This document shows positions 1 through 14,870 of a stretch of 64,000 bases of DNA, piece by piece. A program made the position numbers and the translations under genes. Each line of letters opens with the position of its first letter. Positions within the stretch are counted from its first letter, which is position 1. Under the pieces are notes generated by a model, which ran no database searches, was not told the DNA's origin, and worked only from the letters and a program-made list of their open reading frames with translations. This stretch comes from the human T2T-CHM13v2.0 reference genome, Homo sapiens, in assembly GCF_009914755.1 (NCBI RefSeq), contig NC_060935.1; one strand, 5' to 3'.

Positions 1-214
1 GTGGCATCACACTGTGGGAGAGGGGTATAAGCGGAAGGCCTTTCCGAGAGATCACAGCTGGTCAACATGAGCAACCCAGTCACCTGGGGAAGGAGCAGGA
101 ATGCGAGGGCGGGAGCAGGCTGCAACAGAGTGGAGGTGGGATGCAGTGGGGGATCCTTTGCAGTTTGGGTTTGCAAACTTAGCCTTCAAGAGGCAACATG
201 AAATGGGCATCCAA

Positions 215-408
215 CAGATCTGGAATTAAAGACTGACCTGTCACCAACTAGCAGTGAGAACTTGGCCTTGTTATCTGAATTCCCTGACCCCTGGGCTCCT
301 CATCCATGAAATGTGAAGGATAATGGGCACTTCCTATGGTTGCAGAGAGGATTAAATGACTGCATGTAGTCAAGTGCCTGGCACAAAGGAATTGTTCAGC
401 AAAGTACT
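215..408 (+). mobile_element. MIR SINE
   Basis: MIR core-like text (ctcatccatgaaatgtgaaggataat...gaggattaaatga...gtgcctggcaca). Confidence 0.7.
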
Positions 409-1181
409 GTCCCATCCCTGGAATTTTATATATAACGAGGAGAAAACTGTGGGAGGCACAATTGAGAGAAAACTCATGTACTGTGCACTCTTTTTTGAAA
501 CCATGGTATTTTTTTTAACTACACTGAGCACACAGCTTAGAAAGCCACTTTTAAAGAAAACAAAATCTAAAGTACATTAAACCATAGACATCATACATTA
601 ATTTCTACTTTAGTCTTAATCAAAGGCTTTGGTAGGGTTTGCCTTTGTAAATCCAACACTTCCTCCTCACTTGGAGGCCAAACCCTGCCCATAGCATCCT
701 CTCAGCTCTGCACGCTCCCCATGTGTTAAGGCCTGATCAGACCTCAGGGTACAAGGCACAGCTGGTTCTCATGGACACACAGGATAGTATGGGGGCTGGA
801 AATGGGTGGGGAGAGCTAGAATCTAGTAGAAGGCTTACTGATCAACAATGTTTGGGGACCCAAGTTAGATGCTGGCAAGATTAATCTGAGAGCAGCAGGT
901 AGGATGGGTGGAAGGGAGAGAGACCAGAGGGTAGGGAGACACATAGGAGATTCCAATTCCAGTAAAAGTACAGAGAAAAATCTACCTGGAGTGGTAGCTC
1001 TGTGAATAGAAAGCAGGTGGCAAAGCTAGTAACACTGCAGTGATAAAATCTACAGATTTCAAATAGGTTATAGCAAGCTATTGATTCATTCCGTTACCTG
1101 GCACTTCAGTCACTGTGGCTTAGAACAACCCACCCTCAGGCTTCATCTCTCCTCACCTCCCAACCTATCCTAAGTGCCAAC

Positions 1182-1669
1182 CTGAGAACTGAGAACTCCA
1201 GCACCCTCACTGCTTAACTATCAAAACAGAAATGAGACCACTTGTATCAATATGACTTAGTTATTTGTTCCATGAAAATTTTTGCCGAAGAAGTTAAGGT
1301 TTTATGCCAATAACTAATTTCACTTTTTGTTTCAGGAAATCTTTATAAACCAATAGGTTCTGACAAAGAGTTTGTTCATCTAGGCAAACAGCTCTGCTAT
1401 TAGAATAATAGATATTGTTCACCTGGGAAAACAGCTTCTTAGTAGACAAGTTTATTTATCAAGACTCACTAATGCTAGATTATTATGTCACAAACCTTGC
1501 CCAATACCAATTAGTTACCCATAGTGGAAGACCTGCCTTAAACCATTTGAGCCCAGACCCCAAATATCCACACCCCTTCCAAGATATGTGGTGTCATCCC
1601 TTACTGCAGAGGTTTAATAAACTTAACTTTGATCAGAAGGCTTTCTGGTGAATTTCTGCAGAGTTGACA
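1182..1669 (+). mobile_element. Probable ERV1-class solo LTR, subfamily unresolved
   Basis: LTR-like 3' end (aataaacttaactttg...gttgaca); 5' boundary uncertain. Confidence 0.35.
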
Positions 1670-2101
1670 AGCATCAGTGCAAACCTGACAACTGAATGTA
1701 CAAACATGAACTATTCCAACAGTTTTGCCCATGCACAGGAAGCCCATTCTTGCTTGAACCCTGATGTTCTGAGAGACCATGATGACTGACACAACACCTT
1801 CCTCTGGGAACATTTTTTGTTTCCCTCACTCTGTGGGGCCTCTTCCTTCTCTGAACTCACCATACACACTCTTGGTGTTGTTTCCTTTTTTTTTGCTTCA
1901 TATTAGAGCTCTCTATGCATTTGTATTATTGTTGTTTCTGGACTATGAGCTCCCAGGGGTAGAGATTGCGGTGGTCAATTGTATTTCATGTGACGATCCC
2001 AACACTGTGCCTTGCCCATCACTGGGGCATAACAAGCTTACTCTAAAGATGCTCTTAAAGATTCCCAAAGCATTTAAGGAGAACAAATCAAAGGAAATGT
2101 T

Positions 2102-2437
2102 TTATTATTATTATTATTATAATTTAAGTTTTAGGGTACATTTGCACAATGTGCAGGTTTGTTACATATGTATACATGTGCCATGTTGGTGTGCTGCACC
2201 CATTAACTCGTCATTTAACATTAGGCATATCTCCTAATGCTACCCCTCCCCCTGCCCCCCACCCCACAACAGGCCCCGGTGTGTGATGTTCCCCTTCCTG
2301 TGTCCATGTGTTCTCATTGTTCAATTCCCACCTATGAGTGAGAACATGCGGTATTTGGTTTTTTGTCCTTGTGATAGTTTTGTCCTTTGTAGGGACATGG
2401 ATGAAGCTGGAAACCATCATTCTCAGCAAACTATTGC
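2102..2437 (-). mobile_element. 5'-truncated, 5'-inverted L1PA 3' end
   Basis: Antisense L1 3'UTR and tail at 2102-2380, then a sense fragment at 2381-2442; TSD AAGGAAATGTT at 2091-2101 and 2438-2448. Confidence 0.95.
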
Positions 2438-3084
2438 AAGGAAATGTTAAATTCTTATTTTTTTCTCTTTAAGGCAAAATTTTAAAAATAAGATCTCTCT
2501 GTTATAATCAAGAATTGTATTTGGCTTTTCAAAATAGGCTCTTTCCAAAAAGGATCTTCCTTTAAAGTGCTTGATGATCATTTTTGTCTCTTTACAAACA
2601 TGCACACGTGAGTTCCACACGTCCATGCACACCAGTTTAGGAATCCGGGGATAGTCCTTCCCTAGTGTTACACCTGACTTCTTTCTCAGTTCTGTCTTTT
2701 GTACCTTTGGTTTGGTGTTCTGAAATATCTACCTACTCCTCTCCCTCTCTGTGGATTCTGTAAAATATAGGAACTTGCTTAGCACTGTGGTAGAAATTTA
2801 AAATTTGGTAAAGACCATCAGAAGAGGCTGGCGGAAATGCTACAGAAGTTTATGTTCCCAATAACTAAAGTGATGACTAACCTAGGAAAACATTTTTCTT
2901 GATGAGAAAAAAATTGACATGGTGTGTACTTCTCTCTTCCTTTGCTTTTAGGTTTCAAATCTCATTTCATTCTGGTATTAGTACGTAAGATTCAAAAAGC
3001 CCCTTCTCTTCCACATTGCTGTTTCCAATCTGCTACAACTTAGGAAACAATTTCCCAATATCAGGATAGGTTCTATATTAAGTA

Positions 3085-3470
3085 AGAGCTAACCTGCCAG
3101 GCTCCCTTGTCACTGGGGGTGGACATGAACTCAATTCTGCCCAAAAATAAGTAAGCGAAAGTGGCTGGGTAGGGTTTCCAGAAAAATTTTTGAAGGTAGC
3201 CCAGTTGGCTGGTATGTGCTGCTTTGCTTTTACTAGTTGCTCTTCCTTGTCTATTTCCTCTTTGTCTGGAACATGTTTGTGAGGCCGGAAGTAGAGAAAC
3301 CATCTTGCATCCCTGAGGTGAAAAGTGCTAAGAACGGCAGAGAGAAAAATAGAAGGACATTCTTGAGGACATCTTTGAGAGCTGGCCTGCCGAAACTGCC
3401 TTCATGTGGACTTCACATTAGCTGAGGAAAATAAACCCTTACTTAAACCAATGTTAACTGAATTTTGTGG
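3085..3470 (+). mobile_element. Old MLT1-type MaLR LTR (MLT1J/K-like)
   Basis: MLT1-like text ending gaaaataaacccttacttaaacca. Confidence 0.55.
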
Positions 3471-3477
3471 CTGTAAT

Positions 3478-3592
3478 TAGAGTGATCAACCCTCCCAGTC
3501 TGCCTAGGACTCAAGTGTTTCTGGGGACTCAGGACTTTCAGTGTTAAAACTGGGAAAGTCCAGAAAACAAACGGGAACTCTTGGTCTCCCTA
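3478..3592. mobile_element. MER81-like hAT-Blackjack MITE
   Basis: Terminal inverted repeats tagagtgatcaa / ttggtctcccta; internal ggactttcagtgttaaaactgggaaagtcc. Confidence 0.75.
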
Positions 3593-3620
3593 GATGTTGA
3601 TATTAATGATGACATTGGGC

Positions 3621-3762
3621 TTTTTTAAAACTTTTAAGTTCCGAGGTACAAATGCAGATTTGTTACATAGCTAAACTTGAGTCGCCGGGGTTTTCTTTCC
3701 TCACTCAGGTATTAAGCCTAGTACCCATTAGTTATTTTTCCTGATCTTCTCCCTCCTCCCAT
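3621..3762 (-). mobile_element. Old L1PA (PA13-16-like) 3' fragment
   Basis: caggtattaagcctagtacccattagttatttttcctgatc matches the L1 3'UTR. Confidence 0.75.
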
Positions 3763-3900
3763 CTGTTACAGCTGGATCACAATACCAACTGATACACTTC
3801 CAATTAGCTGGGTAAACTTCAGAAGGCTAAATATTCCTGAGACACATTGCTTGTTTGAAATTCCAATTTTTGACTTCCTTTCAACCATCAGTTACCACTC

Positions 3901-4144
3901 TTTTTTAAATTTTTAATTGATACGGAATAATTGAACCTATTTATGGAGTACAGTGTGACGTTTCCATACATGTATGCATTTTGTAACAATCATATCAGGG
4001 TAATTAGCATATTTGTCACCTCAAACATTTGTCTTTCATGATAAAAACTTCAAAATCTTCTAGCTATTTTGAAATACACATTATTACTAACTGTACTCCC
4101 TCTACTGTGCACACCAAAGTTATTCTTCCCAACTGTAACTTTGT
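3901..4144 (-). mobile_element. L1MA-like 3' fragment with TSD
   Basis: Antisense L1M 3' end; flanked by accatcagttacca(c/t)tctt on both sides. Confidence 0.75.
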
Positions 4145-4789
4145 ACCATCAGTTACCATTCTTGAAAAGTTGAATGTTTAGCTTTGAATGTTTCAGCCAC
4201 AAAGATCCATGTTATAAGCATTTATATCAAATCTGACAGAAGCAACAAATATGTCACAATTATTATAAACACAGATTCAACTTTTAAAACATTGGAAACT
4301 TGCTAATTGCTGTGTCTTTCAGGATTTTAGGGCCAAAAGGTCTCTACTTAGATGACCTATAGATATCTAAAAATCAAATGCCCCAAACTAAATCGTTTAT
4401 CCTCCATCTTATTTAGCCTCTCCTCCATTATTGTCTCTATTCCTTCTCTTGGTATTTGACATCATTCATCACGTCACTCAAGAAACTTCATCCTCTACTC
4501 CTTATGCTTGTTCTCCCTCCCCTCCACTCCTTTCCCCAGACTTCCCTGTCTATGTGGCCACATGATCCTATATGTTCTACCTCCTAGAGGTCTCTGTTCT
4601 CCTTCTCTCCGTCCCCCTTGCCCTTCCACCCTCTCAATAGGGCTTCTATGTTTCACCCAGTCTCTTCAATAATCACCAGGCCAGTCTGCCTGCCTCCAGA
4701 CTGGTCCCACAAAATTCATCTTCCAAGTATTACCAAAGTACTTACTATCTGAAATAAACAAACTGATTGTGTCATGCTTAAGAATGTTT

Positions 4790-5690
<901 letters not shown>

Positions 5691-5778
5691 TCAAAGAATA
5701 TTCTTTTGACTTCTTTAATGTAGTCCATGCTCAAATATTTTTATTTCATATCATTTTCTGAACACGTGTCATCTTCTC

Positions 5779-5910
5779 TTTTTTTATTTTTTGTAGTGAC
5801 AGGGTCTCACCATGTGCCCAGGCTGGTCTCAAACTCCTGGGCTCAGGCAATCCTCCCACTTCAGCCTCCCAAAGTGCTGAGATTACAGGTGTTATCCACT
5901 GTGCCTGGAC
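5779..5910 (-). mobile_element. FLAM_C / AluJ left monomer
   Basis: Alu monomer; TSD gtg(t/c)catcttctct. Confidence 0.85.
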
Positions 5911-6365
5911 TTGTGCCATCTTCTCTCATGCCTCCATGATATTTATTTTGCCCCCTTGCATAGCCTGTCTTTCCCTGCCTTTATGAGTGAGTATGGATGT
6001 CTGCATTTCTGTGACACATTTGCTCTTTCTTTCTTCCTGGATAGAATGCCTCTATTGATCCTCCTTTTACAGTTTCATATTTTGTGTCTGCTTGTCCATC
6101 TCTATTAAAAAATTGTCAATTCCAGGGCAGAGGCCACATTTTATTAATCTTTGTATTACCATTGCCCACTGTGTCTGGTGCACTGTAAGTACTCAAGATG
6201 TATTTCTGAGTAAGCAAATAAAATAATAATAATGTCACTGGTATGTAGCAGGAGTTATGGGGTACAAACATAAAGTCACTTTTATTGTTGTCTTTCACTG
6301 TCCTCTTAACCCCCACTCCAAAGGTTGCCATCTTAAGCAGGATCTCTAAAAAAATAACGCAGAGT

Positions 6366-6669
<304 letters not shown>

Positions 6670-7888
6670 TAACTCAGAGACAATATCCTTATCATAGGTT
6701 CTTCATCTTTTCCTTGAGATCATGTACCATTGCCCATCATCAAAGGGGAGGACAATTGTTCCCCAGATGCAGTAGCAACTCTCCTTTGCTCTGCCAAAAT
6801 CTCCATTTCTTCTCTTTTGCCTTCTGGAATTCCCAGATTGGAAGTAGTCCACTGTGACCCTCTAACTGTGAGGTCATATGTTAACCTCTCCAGAGATTGT
6901 TCTAGGAGTCACTTTCCCAATCTTGTCTCTTTCTTGGAGGTGGGAGAAGAGTTTTTCTGGTTCTCAAAGCAGTGTTCACTCCAAAATTCTTCCTCACCAA
7001 ATTCTCTTCACTCCTTCCTCTAGACCCTTTGTATCCTTCTTGTAGTTAAGAGGTCTTCAAGGTCATGCTACAGATTTTCAAATTATTTCTTGTGAAAATA
7101 TGCATCTTGATAGTCTACTGAAAGTTTATAATGTATTTGATAAACATTTGTTGTGGCACCTCAATCAAAATTTCCAAATTAGTATATTGTTGCAGAGGAA
7201 ATTCTACATTGAGAGATAACTTGTACTTTCGAATATCCTCAGAAAGGGAATCCATTAAGTCCAGGAAGAGGAAAGAAAAGGAGAAAAAAACCTGAAGATT
7301 CATTACCATCCACTGCGTCCTGGGCACTGTGCTCGGTGTTCTAAGCATGCAGTGGGAATCATGCCTGCATGGAGCTCAGGTTTGGGTATGCTGCTGAGGG
7401 AAAACAGGTGACAGATACTCTACTACACAGGGGCTCTATTTGTAATTAAAGCATAGGCATGGTCTTAGTCTGTTTTTGGTTGCTATACCAAAATACCTGA
7501 GGCTGAGTCATTTATAAAGAAAAGAGGTTTTTACATAAGCATAAAATGCAAAAGAGAAAAGTAAAAAAGAAAAAAAAGAGGTTTATTTGGCTCATGATTC
7601 TAGAGGCTGGGCAGTCCGAGAAGCATGGCACCAGCATCTGCTCTGCTTCTGGTGAGGGCCTCCTGCTGCTTCACAATGTGGCAGAAAAGCAGAAGGGGAA
7701 GTGGGTATGTGAGAAAAAGGGATGAAACACAAGGAGCAGCCTCACTTTATACCAACTCACTCTCACAGTAATTAATCCAATACTGCAAGAGTGAGAACTT
7801 TATTAATCCATTTACAACAGCAGAGCCTCCATGACCCAAACACTTCTTAGAGGCTCCACCACCCATCAATACCATTCTTTTAAAAAAC

Positions 7889-8341
<453 letters not shown>

Positions 8342-9984
8342 TGTCAGTATTATTACATTGGCAATTAAATTTCAACATGAGTTTTAGCAGAGCCAAATTG
8401 AGCCATGGTATTGCCCCTGACCCTCCAAACCTCATGTTCTCCCAATGCAAAATACATTCATCTCATCCCAATAGTCTCAAAGTCTTAACTTGTTTCAGAA
8501 CCAACTCAAAAGTCCAAAGTTCATAGTCTCATTTGTGACTCAAGGTAAACTCCTTCTAGCTGTGAGCCTGTAAATTTTAAAAAGTTATCTACTTCCAAGA
8601 TACAAACAATGGTGGGACAGACATAGGGTACACATTTTCATTCCAAAAGGGAGAGATACGAAAAAATAAAAATAAAAAGTTGTAATCTGCCCAAAGTCTA
8701 AAACCCAGCAAGGCAGATAATAAATCTTAAAGCTCCAGGATAATCTACTTCATGAGCCATCTCGTGGATAAACTGGGGCAGGGACTGGGCTCTCAAGGCT
8801 TCAGGCAGCACTGCCCCCATGGTTTTGCTGGGTGCAGCTCACTTGGCTGTTCTCCCAGTTGGGAGTCCAGTGCCTGTAGCTCTCTCAGATGAGTGTTTCA
8901 TGCTTCCGGTGGCTCTGTCCTTCTGGAGTTCTGGCAGTAGCCCCACTCTTTTGGCTCCATTAGGCATTGCTCTGGTAGGGACTGTCTGTGGCGGCTTCAC
9001 CCCTGTGGCAGGTTTTTCCACGGGCCTGCAAGCTGTTTGATACATCTTTTGAAATCTAAATGAAAGTTGCCATGACCCCAAAGCCCACGCACTCTCTATA
9101 CCTTCAGAGTCAGCACCACGTGGACCACTGCCAAGGCATATGTCTGGTGCCTTCTGGAGCAGTGTCATGAGCAACCTCTGGACCTGCTTGAGCCATGGTT
9201 TGTCGCTGCCAAGGTTTACAGTTTATACCTTTTTGATGAACAGGCTGAGTTGCACCTGGGGCCATTTGAGCAACAGATGAGGTGACTGAGTGCTGTACTG
9301 GAATTTGGGGAGCAGACATACAAGGAGCAGACACTTGAGGCAGTATAGGACAGCAAGCAGGGAGCTCTTTCTGCCCTCCAGGCCCTCACATTCTCAGCCT
9401 ATGATGAGAGGGCCAACCTCAAAGATCTGAAATGCCTTTGGGGCCATTCCGTCATTGTCCTAGGATTAGCACCTGGCTTCCTTTTAGCCATGCTAGTTTC
9501 TTAACAAATTGTCTGTGGGTTATACCTTCTCCAGAAAACGCTCTTACATTCTCCACCACATGGCCAGGAAATTTTCTAAATCTTTTTGCTCTGTTTCCCT
9601 TTTCTCTAGCAGCTCACTGTAAGCAGTTAAAAGTAAGCATGCAGAAGCCTGAGTGCTTTGCTGCTTAGAAATTTCTTCCACAAGATATGTTATTCTGTCA
9701 CTCATAAGTTTAGCCTTTCACAAAGTCCTAGGATATGAACATGATGCAGCCATGTTCTTTGCTACTGTGTAACAAAGATGAATTTACTCCAGTTCCCAGT
9801 AAGATAGCCTTCATTTCTGAGACATCATCAAAGTGGTCTTTACTGTCTGCATTTTTATCAGCATCCTGGTTATGACCACTTAACCAACATTTAAGAAGTT
9901 CCAGACTTTGTCAGTCTTCTCATCTTCTGAGCTCTCACTAGAAGTGCCCTTAATGACCTGTTTATGGCAATATAGGCTTTTTCC

Positions 9985-10290
9985 TTTTTTTTTTTTTTTG
10001 AGACGGAGTCTCCCTCTGTCACCCAGCCTGGAGTGCAATGGTGCAATCTCGGCTCACTACAACCTCCGCCACCCCTGGGCTCAAGCGATTCTCCAGCCTC
10101 AGCCTCCTGAGTAGCTGGGATTACAGGCATGCGCCACCATACCCAGCTAATTTTTGTATTTTTAGTAGAGACAGGGATTTACCATGTTGGCCAGGCTGGT
10201 CTTGAACTCCTGACCTCAAGTGTCAGGAGTTCAGCCTGCCTCAGCCTCCCAAAGTGTTGGGATTACAGGCGTGAGCCACCATGCCTGGCC
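9985..10290 (-). mobile_element. AluS(x/z)
   Basis: Full dimer; TSD caatataggcttttt on both sides. Confidence 0.93.
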
Positions 10291-11624
10291 AATATAGGCT
10301 TTTTCTAGCCTGCCTTTCCAAATTATTCCAGCCTCTACCTATCACCTCCGAAACTGCTTATACATTTTCACATTTTCAGGTATCTTTATAGCAATGTCAT
10401 AGCAATGATCTCATTTCTTGGTACCAATTTTCTTAGTCCGTTTTGCATTGCTATAACACAATACCACAAACTGGGTAATTCATAAAGAAGTTAAATTTAT
10501 TTCCTACAGTTCTGAAGGCTAGAGAGTCCATGGTCAAAGGACTGCATCTGATGAGGGCCTTATTGCTGCATCAAAACGTGGCAGAAGGCATCACATGGTG
10601 AAAGGGTAACAGCATGCCAGCTCAGGTCTCTCTTCCTCTTATAAAGACAACAGTCCCATCATGGAGGGGGGCATCCTAATAACTTTAATTCTAATTACCT
10701 CCCAAAGGCCCCACCTCCTATCAACATATCAATTTGGGGGTTAAATTGCCAGCACATGAAATTCAGGGGACACATTCAAACCACAGCAGACATAAATAGA
10801 CAAAGATTGATGGATTACCAGAGTGGTATGAGAGAAGCAAAATTGCATCAGAGGATAACAGAAATTTTGAGAGAAAAATTATTAAACACGAACAAAATTG
10901 GTCAGACACAATGAGATGGACTTAGCAACAATGCCTGAGGACACTGGAGGGATACTGAGGCACAGGAGGACAGGAAACAATCCTAGATCTTCTTGGCCTC
11001 ATTACGGCAGCAGGCTATGGATGCCTTAAGACTGAAGCAGAGCTAAATAAGTACAAACAAACATACCCAAAACTCTTTTACCTTGCTGCATTTCACTCTT
11101 TCATCATAGTTCACCCTCTCTACTCCCTGCTCTTCCTCTCCCTGTCACCATAACAACCACGTCCTGTAACAAGTGGCAGAGCCATTATCAGGAAAAATAG
11201 AAAAAGCAAGCCTGCCCAATGACTTGCCCATTCAATTTAGCCTCAGATTTCTTGTTCTCATTCTCCCCATGAGCTTTCAGTATCTTGAGATGGATGACAC
11301 CTGCCTATGAATCACTGGAAGGTTTCCAGCTGGATTTGGGTTTTGTTCTACATGTTAGGACAAGATCAGGAGTGTTTCTTGGACTCCTTTCAAGTATAAA
11401 CTTGGCTAAAAATGGTGAAAATTTTTAAGACAAAAGGAAAGGCACATGTTCTTTTTTAGTCCATAAGGAAATGCAGAAGGGCAGTGGGTTGTATCCTGGG
11501 AGGCACAGTGAGAAGAAAATAGTTTTCTAAGTGCATTGGCCTCCAGACCCTTGCTGCTTAGGTGGGGACCCTCTCCCCACTCTCCTTCTGACTGGAGACA
11601 CTTTTCAAGAGTACTGCCATCTCT

Positions 11625-11720
11625 AGAAGGATCACGAACCCTGGAGTTCAAGAACAGCCTGGGCAACATAATGAAACCCTGTCTGTTCCACAAAAAAGAA
11701 AAAGAAAGAAAAAAAGGAAA
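11625..11720 (+). mobile_element. 5'-truncated Alu monomer
   Basis: ggagttcaagaacagcctgggcaacata plus A tail; TSD agtactgcc at 11610-11618 and 11722-11730. Confidence 0.8.
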
Positions 11721-12585
11721 CAGTACTGCCGCCCCTGGTCTGCTTCGCATGCCAATTATCCCCATACCAAGTGTGAGTCATTGTGAACTGGCTGGACCTA
11801 AAGCCTTTTTTTAGACCCTGAAAAGGCAAGATTTAGAGATGCCCCCGCTCTAAATTTCAGTCAGGGAAAAGATTAAGTTGGAAGGAATTTAAAATGTAGC
11901 CTGAAATTAAGTCTCTTTTATTTTAATAACTTAGAAAATCTTTCTAGGGGTTTTATTTGTAAGCAAATTTTATTACCCAATGTTCTGTTCATACTTACTC
12001 TGTTACCTGGTTTCCCTATTGCCAGTAAAAATCTGGTAATAGGCTATCAGTGTATGTGTGAATCAATTATCTTGCTCATTAAATGATAAATCATTAATGC
12101 AGCTTGAAGGGAAAACGATACAGCTATTTAATCTATTAAATGTAAAAATGGTAATTTCACCCTCCTGTGAAAATCATTCTGTTGTCTCTTCACATTTATG
12201 AAGTTCAAAAGCCCTTCATAATTTCATCTTTGCTTGTCTCTCCACCTGCATCATCAGCCACTACCCCTGCTGCCTGGAGCCTCTGAGCTTCAGGCTGACT
12301 CCCAGCCTGTGCCTCTGTCAGCATTGGCTCTGCTGGATCCCCTAGCCTGCCTTCCTTCATGGGGTGAGCCCAGTATTTGTCCTTTAGGACCCTGCTATGT
12401 ATCTGCTCTCTTTCCCTGACTATCTATCCCCACTTTGGGTCACCACTCTGTCTTGTTCTTACTTTCACCATACCTTTTTAAACTGATGCTTGTTTATATT
12501 TCTGTGTCCCATAATGAGGATACAAGTTGTCTGGGGCAACATCTGAGTCTTAATTATTTTTTTCTTTCCCGTGCTTAATACAGTA

Positions 12586-12822
12586 CAGTTGACTCTTGAA
12601 CAACACAGGTTTGAACTGCATGGGTCCACTTATACATACATTTTTTTCAACTAAATGTGGATCAAAAATACAGCATTCTTGGGATGCGAAACTCAAGCAT
12701 ACAAAGGGCCCACTTTTCCTATACTCGGTTCTGCAGGGCCGACTGCAGGACTTGAGTATGCATGGATTTTGATATACACAGGGTCCTGATACCGGTCGTC
12801 TCTGTATATTGAGGGACAACTG
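12586..12822 (-). mobile_element. MER8 (TcMar-Tigger MITE)
   Basis: TIRs cagttgactctt / gagggacaactg with TA on the left; ~237 bp; matches my recall of MER8. Confidence 0.85.
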
Positions 12823-13086
12823 TCTATACAACAGATAGTAAGGAAGTATGAAATAAATGTAAACTGAAGGAATGATGAACAGACAACCCTTGTGGGTCGT
12901 TTGATGGGCTGTAGAGAATGGAATCAGGAGAATGGATCTCTTAAATTGTTCTCAATTTTCAGATTCACATAATCTCTTTTCCTTATGCTTCTACTAAAGC
13001 TAGTGTATATCCAAATGGACTAATGTCCAAAATTCTCTTTTAAAAATGTTCACAGAGTACTAAACTTGTATTCATCAGTATGATAC

Positions 13087-13523
13087 TGTTAAAAAACAAG
13101 GTTACAACACATTTAGCTTAAAGATCTTAATTAGCTTTTATTTGCAATTCTAGAATCAGGCAACATCTCGTTCCATAAAATAGAATGGGTCTTCTGATGA
13201 ACTGAGCAGAGGAGCTTGGCTTTATAGACAGAAGAAGGCTCAGGAAAGCAGAAACAGAGAACAAAACGCGGATTGATCATTTCAAAGTTGTTTTCCTTGT
13301 AAAGGTTAAAGCAGAAGGGACTTCCTTATCATGCCAGCTAAATCTGGCTTGTTTGGGGATTTGGGTATTATCGTGCACTATCTCATTTTCTCAGAAGTTC
13401 AGATAAACCAGCTGAGTGTTGGTGGCATGGAACTTCAGCATATGTGACTCCATTTTGGTTTGGTCTGTTGGACCTAGTGCAGGAGTTCGGTCCAAATCGA
13501 CAGCCTTTAAATTTTATTTTACA
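13087..13523 (-). mobile_element. ERV1 solo LTR (MER93/MER57-like)
   Basis: TG...CA termini, 4-bp TSD ATAC, hallmark gtgactccattttggtttggtctgttgg. Confidence 0.8.
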
Positions 13524-13589
13524 ATACAAATAAAAATAAAGGTTAACCATGCTTTCTTAACATAGAATGAGCTATTTAATCCCAGGCTC

Positions 13590-14870
13590 ACATAAAGCAC
13601 ACTGCAGTAATACACAAGCAGATCAGTGGAACAGAAACAAGCCCAAAGACAGTATATTCCATACATATTGGGACAATTCCATATACAATGGAAATTTAGT
13701 ATTTAAAAACTGTTATTACAAATCAGTGAGGAAAGAAAAGAGTGTTCAATAAATAATCCTTGGATATCTGTCTCTCTATTTTGGAAAAAGTGAAAGATAA
13801 TTTACTAATAACATACATAAATATGAATTACAGAACTAAACATATAAAATGAAACTATGAGAGTATTAGAAAAAAATACAGAACATTTGTGTACTCCTAG
13901 GGTGGGGAAGGCCTTTCTAAGTGGGGCATGACATCGAGAGGCCTTAAAGGAAAAAATTGACAGATTTGACTATGTAAAAATTTAAAACCATTACGTAGCA
14001 AAATGTGTTATGAATAAATTTTTAAAAAATGAATAACAGATTAGGAGAAAATGTTTGCAACACATATAACAAAAAAGTAATAATATCTAAATTACAGTTT
14101 ATGAAAAGTTTTTATAATATAAAAACATTTTAAAAAGTTAAACAGAAAATGTACAGAGAAAAAAATAAGTGACTATTAAACATTGAAAAGCTACTCAACT
14201 AAAAATCAAAGAAATGCTACTTAATGTGATATTATTTTTCATTCACCAGAATTGGCAAGCTAATACAAGATTAATCACATTCAATGTTGGCAAGGATATG
14301 AGCATTGTCATTTGCTATTGTAGAAATGCAAATTTCATAAAGTGTTTGGACAATAATTTGCTTAGCATTTATCAAAATTTTAAATGTATATACCTAGAAA
14401 TTTAACTTGTGGAAATATTTGTACCATTTAGTACAAGAATTTATATCCCCTCATTATGTGAAGTGCTGAAAAACTGGATTCAATTTAAGAACATATTAAC
14501 AGAGTGAAGGTAAATAGAAAACAGTATATAAATGCAATGGAATACTACTCAGGTGTTCAAAAGCATAACACAAGTTGATATACTAACATGGAATTTTGTC
14601 CACTATATAGAGTTAAATGAAAACAAAAACAGTTTGAAGATCATATACAGTAAATGGTACTATTTTCCCCCTAAAAATTGTATCTCCTATATATGTTCAT
14701 TTATTTATAATATGTGTATACATAATAAAAAGTCTGAAGGTATATTACTAAATTTTTACCTTTGGAAAAAGGGATGGACTGTGCTTGGAGGGAGAAGTCT
14801 TCATTTTTTACTTGATATACTTCTTTTTCTTTTTTTTTTAAGTTGAGCATATCTTCTTATTTTTGTAAAT
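13590..14870 (+). mobile_element. Ancient L1M (L1ME-like) ORF2 3' part and 3'UTR
   Basis: gatcagtggaacaga (DQWNR); aaaattgacagatttgactatgtaaaaatt. Confidence 0.7.
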
